Part shown: piece by piece, positions 59,151 through 64,000 of the stretch
Numbering within the stretch: the first letter of the stretch is position 1
Layout of the letters: every line of letters starts with the position of its first letter
DNA from: Paecilomyces variotii
Lineage: Eukaryota
Reading direction: 5' to 3' (one strand)
NCBI GenBank assembly: GCA_004022145.1
Contig: RCNU01000001.1
Length of the DNA stretch: 64,000 nucleotides
The notes under the pieces: generated by a model
Database searches by the model: none
What the model saw: the letters and a program-made list of their open reading frames with translations, nothing else
What the model was told of the DNA's origin: nothing
Translations under genes and position numbers: made by a program

Positions 59151-60739
59151 TGTCCCTGCGATCAGATATCGCTCTGCGTTATCTGTGATCTATGCCGTCT
59201 CAAAAGAAAGTCCCTGGAAAACACGTCCTCGCGTGGTCAGCTGTGTGCCCGTGGAGAAAGCTTTCCGCGCATAGGGGAATGATTAAAGACAGATGATGGC
59301 ATATTGCATCGTCAACTCATGCACTGACAACAGGATATATCGCTGCCGGTGCCGGGAAAGACAGTGTGGGAGACGGGGTTGGTGGCGCTAAATGACCCTT
59401 ATCTCTCACGGGATCTTTCAACGCGAGAAAAAGAAGCGAAATTGAGGCAACTCACCATCCTCTTGATTTATCAAATATCCCAAAATCACGCTTATAAATA
59501 TGAACACATGGGAATGGGGAATGCCATCGCCTTTTTCCAGGACGAACAGGCAGTTGTCTCTTCCCAGGAGGCTAGAGCTTGCCGCCCAAGAGCTTGCAAC
59601 GCAGCAGCGGAATGAAAATCTGCTCTTGCGGTCTAGCTGGTCGCATAGTTAGCACTCAAGATGTGCAGGTAAAGATGCAAATGGCGAGAAGCTAGTCAGC
59701 GACCATTCACCTCTCGCTGGGGGATGTTAGGATCATAGTGGTTAGAGTGCCTACACCGTTTGCCGCGACTGGCGAATCTGGCCTTTGCCTTTTCTCCACA
59801 CGCGGAGTCTCCCCCATCGATTTCACCTAGACAGTGACTACCGCTTTCACCGCCTCAGGGAAAGGATATGATTAAGGGATGCTGTTAGTAGTTACTCAAG
59901 ACAGATCCTACTCATTATTATTCTACTTGATTACTATGGAAACAAGTGTTTGAGAAGAGAAAGCATTGACACGATCGCTTTTCCGTTCTCTCTATCTCCT
60001 TTGAAGCGTAGATCTACCTAACTAGCTACAATACAGGCCCGTTCCATCCCAGTCCTGTCCAGTAAGCAGATTCGATCTCAACGAGGTAGATCTAATGAAC
60101 GAAGCATTCAGAAAGGAGAGTAGCGCGATAAACTCTTCATAGCTGTCCCCTGGCATCTCCTTCCACTTTTCCACGTTGCAAACTTCAAGAAAAGTGGCTG
60201 ACGGCTGATTCGCCGTCACTGGCCTTTTTTTGGTTTTTTCCTTTCCCTTTTTTCCCTCCAAATCAAAAACCAATCCTCTTCTAACATACTGCTGCTGTGC
60301 TTGCGTCGTCAAACAAAAACAAAATCCCCCATAAGAAAGTGAAATCAGCTTTGCAAACGCCGCTCGATGATGATATGTTGATGTTGTCATCCCGCTTTCG
60401 TGGTAGCATTTTCCGCCTCGCTGCATGGTGACGATTGCAGAAAAGAAATTGTAATATACAGAGACAGTGCAGCATCCCAGGATCAATGCCCGCACGGCAC
60501 GATACAAGGTCTTGACAATTATAATTGGGAAAGAGTATGTGTGGTTGTAAAGATGTCAACGAAGATCATGAAAGCGAAGCAAAGGCGAGAAGTAGAATGT
60601 CAAGAAAGGGTGCGTCAATCGGATCATGGAAGGCAAATAGCAAGCAGGATCAGCAGCAGCAGTAGGTTTGAGGAAAGGTAGAAGCGGGAAAGTCATTAAT
60701 ATAAAAAAAAGGAATAAGAAGAAGTGGGGAAAACTAGAA

Positions 60740-62713
60740 CTACAGCGGCATATCATGCCAGCCACCGACCAGGTCAAGGTCCTCGTCAACGCTGCCATCG
60801 TAGCCATGGTAGGGAAGCTTGGACTTCTTTGGCTTGATGGTTTCGAAAGCATCACGACGCCAGTCCTTGTCGAGGTAAGCACGACGATGGCGATCATTGG
60901 TTGGCGAAACATCTTTCCTAACCGTCGGAGCAGAGTCGAGGCTTGACGATGCAGGACACCAGTCCCGTCTCCAGCTCGCCATGATCGACTGCTGCTTCTG
61001 AGGCCTGGAGGGCTCCTTCGGCTGGAAATTCCTCCTCTTGTTCCCGAGCGCAGCCCACTTGTCGAAATTCGACCTCTTCGGAGGGGAATAACGCAATGTA
61101 CGGAAGCGGCTGCTCGGGGTAGGCGACTCATTCTCCCCATCGGAGGTGTTTCCCGGGACTCGGATGCCCTTGGGACCAGATTCTTCCGGTGAGCTGGGGA
61201 TATCCTTCGGGCCCTGCGAGCGAGAATTGACAAATGCAGTGGACTTGTGCTCGCAGAGTCCTGTTGGACGAGATGAAGACTCTCCATGTTTGCTCTCCTG
61301 ACTCCAGCTACGCGAGTTCTGCTCACGTCGCTGCTGTAACATAACATCCTCGTTCTCAGACTCCTCTTCTTCCTCATCCCAAAGATCACTCCAGCTCTTT
61401 GAGATCTGGTCACACTTCTTGCGCCCAAAGACCATGGACATAGAAGGCAAAGGCTTCATGGTGCGGTTCGGCAGCGATCCGCTAACAGGAACCGGATCCG
61501 ATTGGGGAGGATAGCGCTGTTCCTGGGGGCGAATCGCCAATGACTTGAACGATTCACCCAGAGCTGAATCCAAGACAGAGGCCATCGATGGGGTAGCCGG
61601 AGCTGGAATGGAGAACCACGATGTACCAGCAGTCTCGGACGGCGGGAACAGATCCTCGGTGTAACTTTCGTTGTCCGGGATAACGGATAGCTGACGAACA
61701 GGTTGCGGAGGGCTTGCCTGAAGCGCCTTGGCCCAGGGGAAGGAATCGCCTTGGTTGATCTGCGGGCTCTGGATCGACGGAGTCCTGAGCGGTTCGCGGT
61801 TGGCACTGGCAGCCACAACATCGCGATCTTCCGTGCAGAAGTCATCCAGAACATCGTCATCGGTGGTGAAGGACACTGCTCGCAGGATGGCCTCACGGAC
61901 ACCAGACAGGGAGCGCTTCTCCGGATCCAGAGCCAGAGCATTGCTCAGGATCTCAAAGGTGTCCTGCGACATGTTGGGGAAGACATCAAACAGTGACTGT
62001 CGGTCACGAACATAGTCCGCAAAGAGAACATCGGATTCTGTAGGGGTGACGAAGGGATTGCGAGAGAACAAGATGTTGAGCAGGCAAATACCAACAGCCC
62101 AGACGTCAGCCTTGGCAGGGGAGTAGCCGGTAGTGGACGGTTCATATTGCTCCGGAGCCATATATCGGTCACTCCCGACGCAGGCCTCGTAGCACCAAGG
62201 GCTACGGGTAGCAAGGCCAAAGTCGCCCAGCTTCATGGCCCCATCCTGGGCCAGAAAGATGTTCTCTGGCTTGATATCACGATGATAGAGCCCATGTGCA
62301 TGCATAAAATCGACAGCACTGATCAGCTGCAACATGAAGTCTCGCACATGTTCCGTCTCCAGAGGACCCCGGTTGAGCCTAATGGCCTCGTACAGATCAC
62401 CATTGGCGCAGTATTCCAAGACAAGATAGATGTGCGCAGCAGTCTCGAACGAGTGGATCAGGTTGACTATATTGGGATGATGGCCAAGACGTCTGTGGCA
62501 TTCAAGTTCCTCGGACCGGTCATCAACGGCCACCGGAGAATTGGGGTCGGTGGATGATGCCTTGGTGAGGCACTTGATAGCAACGTCCCGGCCAGTCTTG
62601 GTATCTTTAGCAAGGAAGACCATCCCAAACGAGCCATGGTTCAAGGGAGCCACCGTCTGGAACCGCCCATCCAGGAGCTGGCCCTCGACGAAGTTGTTCT
62701 TCAAGCACTCCAT
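60740..62713 (-). CDS. KSP1: Ksp1/Ran1-family Ser/Thr protein kinase
   Basis: Intronless 657-aa ORF with LNHGSFGMVF, VAIK, LEYCANGDLYEAI, HRDIKPEN, DFG and VGSDRYMAPE, followed by a low-complexity tail containing SWSDLWDEE. Confidence 0.85.
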   Translation of the reverse strand: MECLKNNFVEGQLLDGRFQTVAPLNHGSFGMVFLAKDTKTGRDVAIKCLTKASSTDPNSPVAVDDRSEELECHRRLGHHPNIVNLIHSFETAAHIYLVLEYCANGDLYEAIRLNRGPLETEHVRDFMLQLISAVDFMHAHGLYHRDIKPENIFLAQDGAMKLGDFGLATRSPWCYEACVGSDRYMAPEQYEPSTTGYSPAKADVWAVGICLLNILFSRNPFVTPTESDVLFADYVRDRQSLFDVFPNMSQDTFEILSNALALDPEKRSLSGVREAILRAVSFTTDDDVLDDFCTEDRDVVAASANREPLRTPSIQSPQINQGDSFPWAKALQASPPQPVRQLSVIPDNESYTEDLFPPSETAGTSWFSIPAPATPSMASVLDSALGESFKSLAIRPQEQRYPPQSDPVPVSGSLPNRTMKPLPSMSMVFGRKKCDQISKSWSDLWDEEEEESENEDVMLQQRREQNSRSWSQESKHGESSSRPTGLCEHKSTAFVNSRSQGPKDIPSSPEESGPKGIRVPGNTSDGENESPTPSSRFRTLRYSPPKRSNFDKWAALGNKRRNFQPKEPSRPQKQQSIMASWRRDWCPASSSLDSAPTVRKDVSPTNDRHRRAYLDKDWRRDAFETIKPKKSKLPYHGYDGSVDEDLDLVGGWHDMPL

Positions 62714-64000
62714 GTCTGTGAAATGCCCGAGTTGAAGGTGATGTCCAAGGATTAAAAGAGAAGAGTGTATATGGAAACCCCCGGGTGGTTTGCTGGGAGG
62801 TGGTCGTCAAAAAGTATAAGGCGAATCGACCAGACAAGCTGAACCAGAGCAGCCGTCAAATGTGGTTTGCGCAAGAGTAAGAATAAACCAGGTCTGCAAT
62901 CACGCCGGATTGAGGCAGCCGCCAAAGACCAAAGAGAAGCGAATAAAAACTCAACAAACACCGGATCGTTGGCTCATATAAATACGGCAAAAATGATATG
63001 TCGACAAAGGGAAAGGAAACCGATCGGCCGGATGGTACAGCGCGGTACAGGTACCCGCGAGGGTAATGACGATAAGGAAATTGAAAGAGAGCGTTATAGT
63101 TGCATTGGTATATGTTCGACGATGGACAGAGCGGGAGCCCGGTGAAAAGATAATGACAATGAAAGGTCGCGCGTCGAAGAGATCAATGGATACCCGACGG
63201 CAGTCGAAGAAACGTAAAATCGGTCAAAAAGTTGAAATGCAATCGCTTCGTAAGATCGTGACAATAATTCGAAATAAAAAACAGCTGGGTGAGGGTTGTT
63301 TCGAGACCTTCAAACACCTGGTCGGAAGGGATGGTTGCCTCAGCGTAGGTTGACGAATTTCCGGAAAACGCTAAGACATATATAAATGGAGCAGCAACCG
63401 GATGCAGGCTATTTAGCTGGACTGCAGACGTTGAAAGTAGATTCCGTTCGACAAGGGTAATGTCGTATACTGTTGATCGATGATGCGATGTATCAGGGCT
63501 CAACCTCAACCAACAGTGACCCGGGTCTGGTTATCTGCTTCGAAGGTCCAGATATGACAGAACTGTCAACCGCAACACGGTATGCTTGCAATTGAGATCC
63601 GATCACGACTGAGATGTGTATCAGACAGACGCTATTGACCGGTGGTTATTGACTTCTGGTGCCGGAACGTCAATCAGGATGGAAGCCTCGTTGTCACCAC
63701 AGCTTTAGGTAGCACGAATTATGAACTGGTGGGATCACAAGAGAGGTAGCGAAGAGGATGTGAGGAGGAGAAGGGCGGAAGTAAAGAAGGCAGAGAGCAG
63801 TACACTCTGGAGAGTAGATCGGATGGAAATCAGATCTATCTAATGCTTGATCGAGAGCACTGCTATCCTTGGGTCTGAATGGGAATCGGGGAGGCGATAA
63901 CGGTCGGAAGCGGACGGAGGATAAGAAGAGAGGTGAGGAGAGATGAGAAGAGCAGGAAGCAGGAGGGAGTCGAGCGGATGAGGAGAGCGGGAGGAGGAGC

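Noticed and set aside
60556-61428. 290-aa - strand ORF overlapping KSP1
   Set aside because: It is an alternative frame of the low-complexity KSP1 tail, Arg/Ser-rich with no domain.

Overview
Gene-dense, intron-containing eukaryotic DNA from a filamentous ascomycete. Short GT-AG introns with CTRAC/CTAAT branch sites and the gene content suggest Eurotiales (inference). I can support 23 protein-coding genes. Twenty belong to recognisable families: PTH11-like receptor, bestrophin-like channel, Pop8, DUF167, TrpRS, glutathione synthetase, an ATRX/SAD-6-like and a Rad5/HLTF-like SNF2 ATPase, MBOAT acyltransferase, Rix1, Ypp1, NDUFA12, Pgs1, Ltv1, Lsg1, SRPK-like kinase, acyl-CoA dehydrogenase, Spo12, mid-SUN Slp1 and Ksp1. 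The exception is a ~10 kb block (10.5-20.3 kb) between TrpRS and glutathione synthetase. It holds three co-oriented paralogues that share a domain I cannot assign to a named family, separated by long, partly TpA-rich spacers. The middle paralogue has an N-terminus, invisible to the ORF track, built from six tandem exon+intron units. Its internal exons are 75 or 78 nt and all phase 1-1, and they encode a ~25-aa N/G/F-rich repeat. This locus is the best candidate for an undescribed system. I found no tRNA, rRNA, CRISPR array or intact transposon. Gene models were spliced by hand and no database searches were run.
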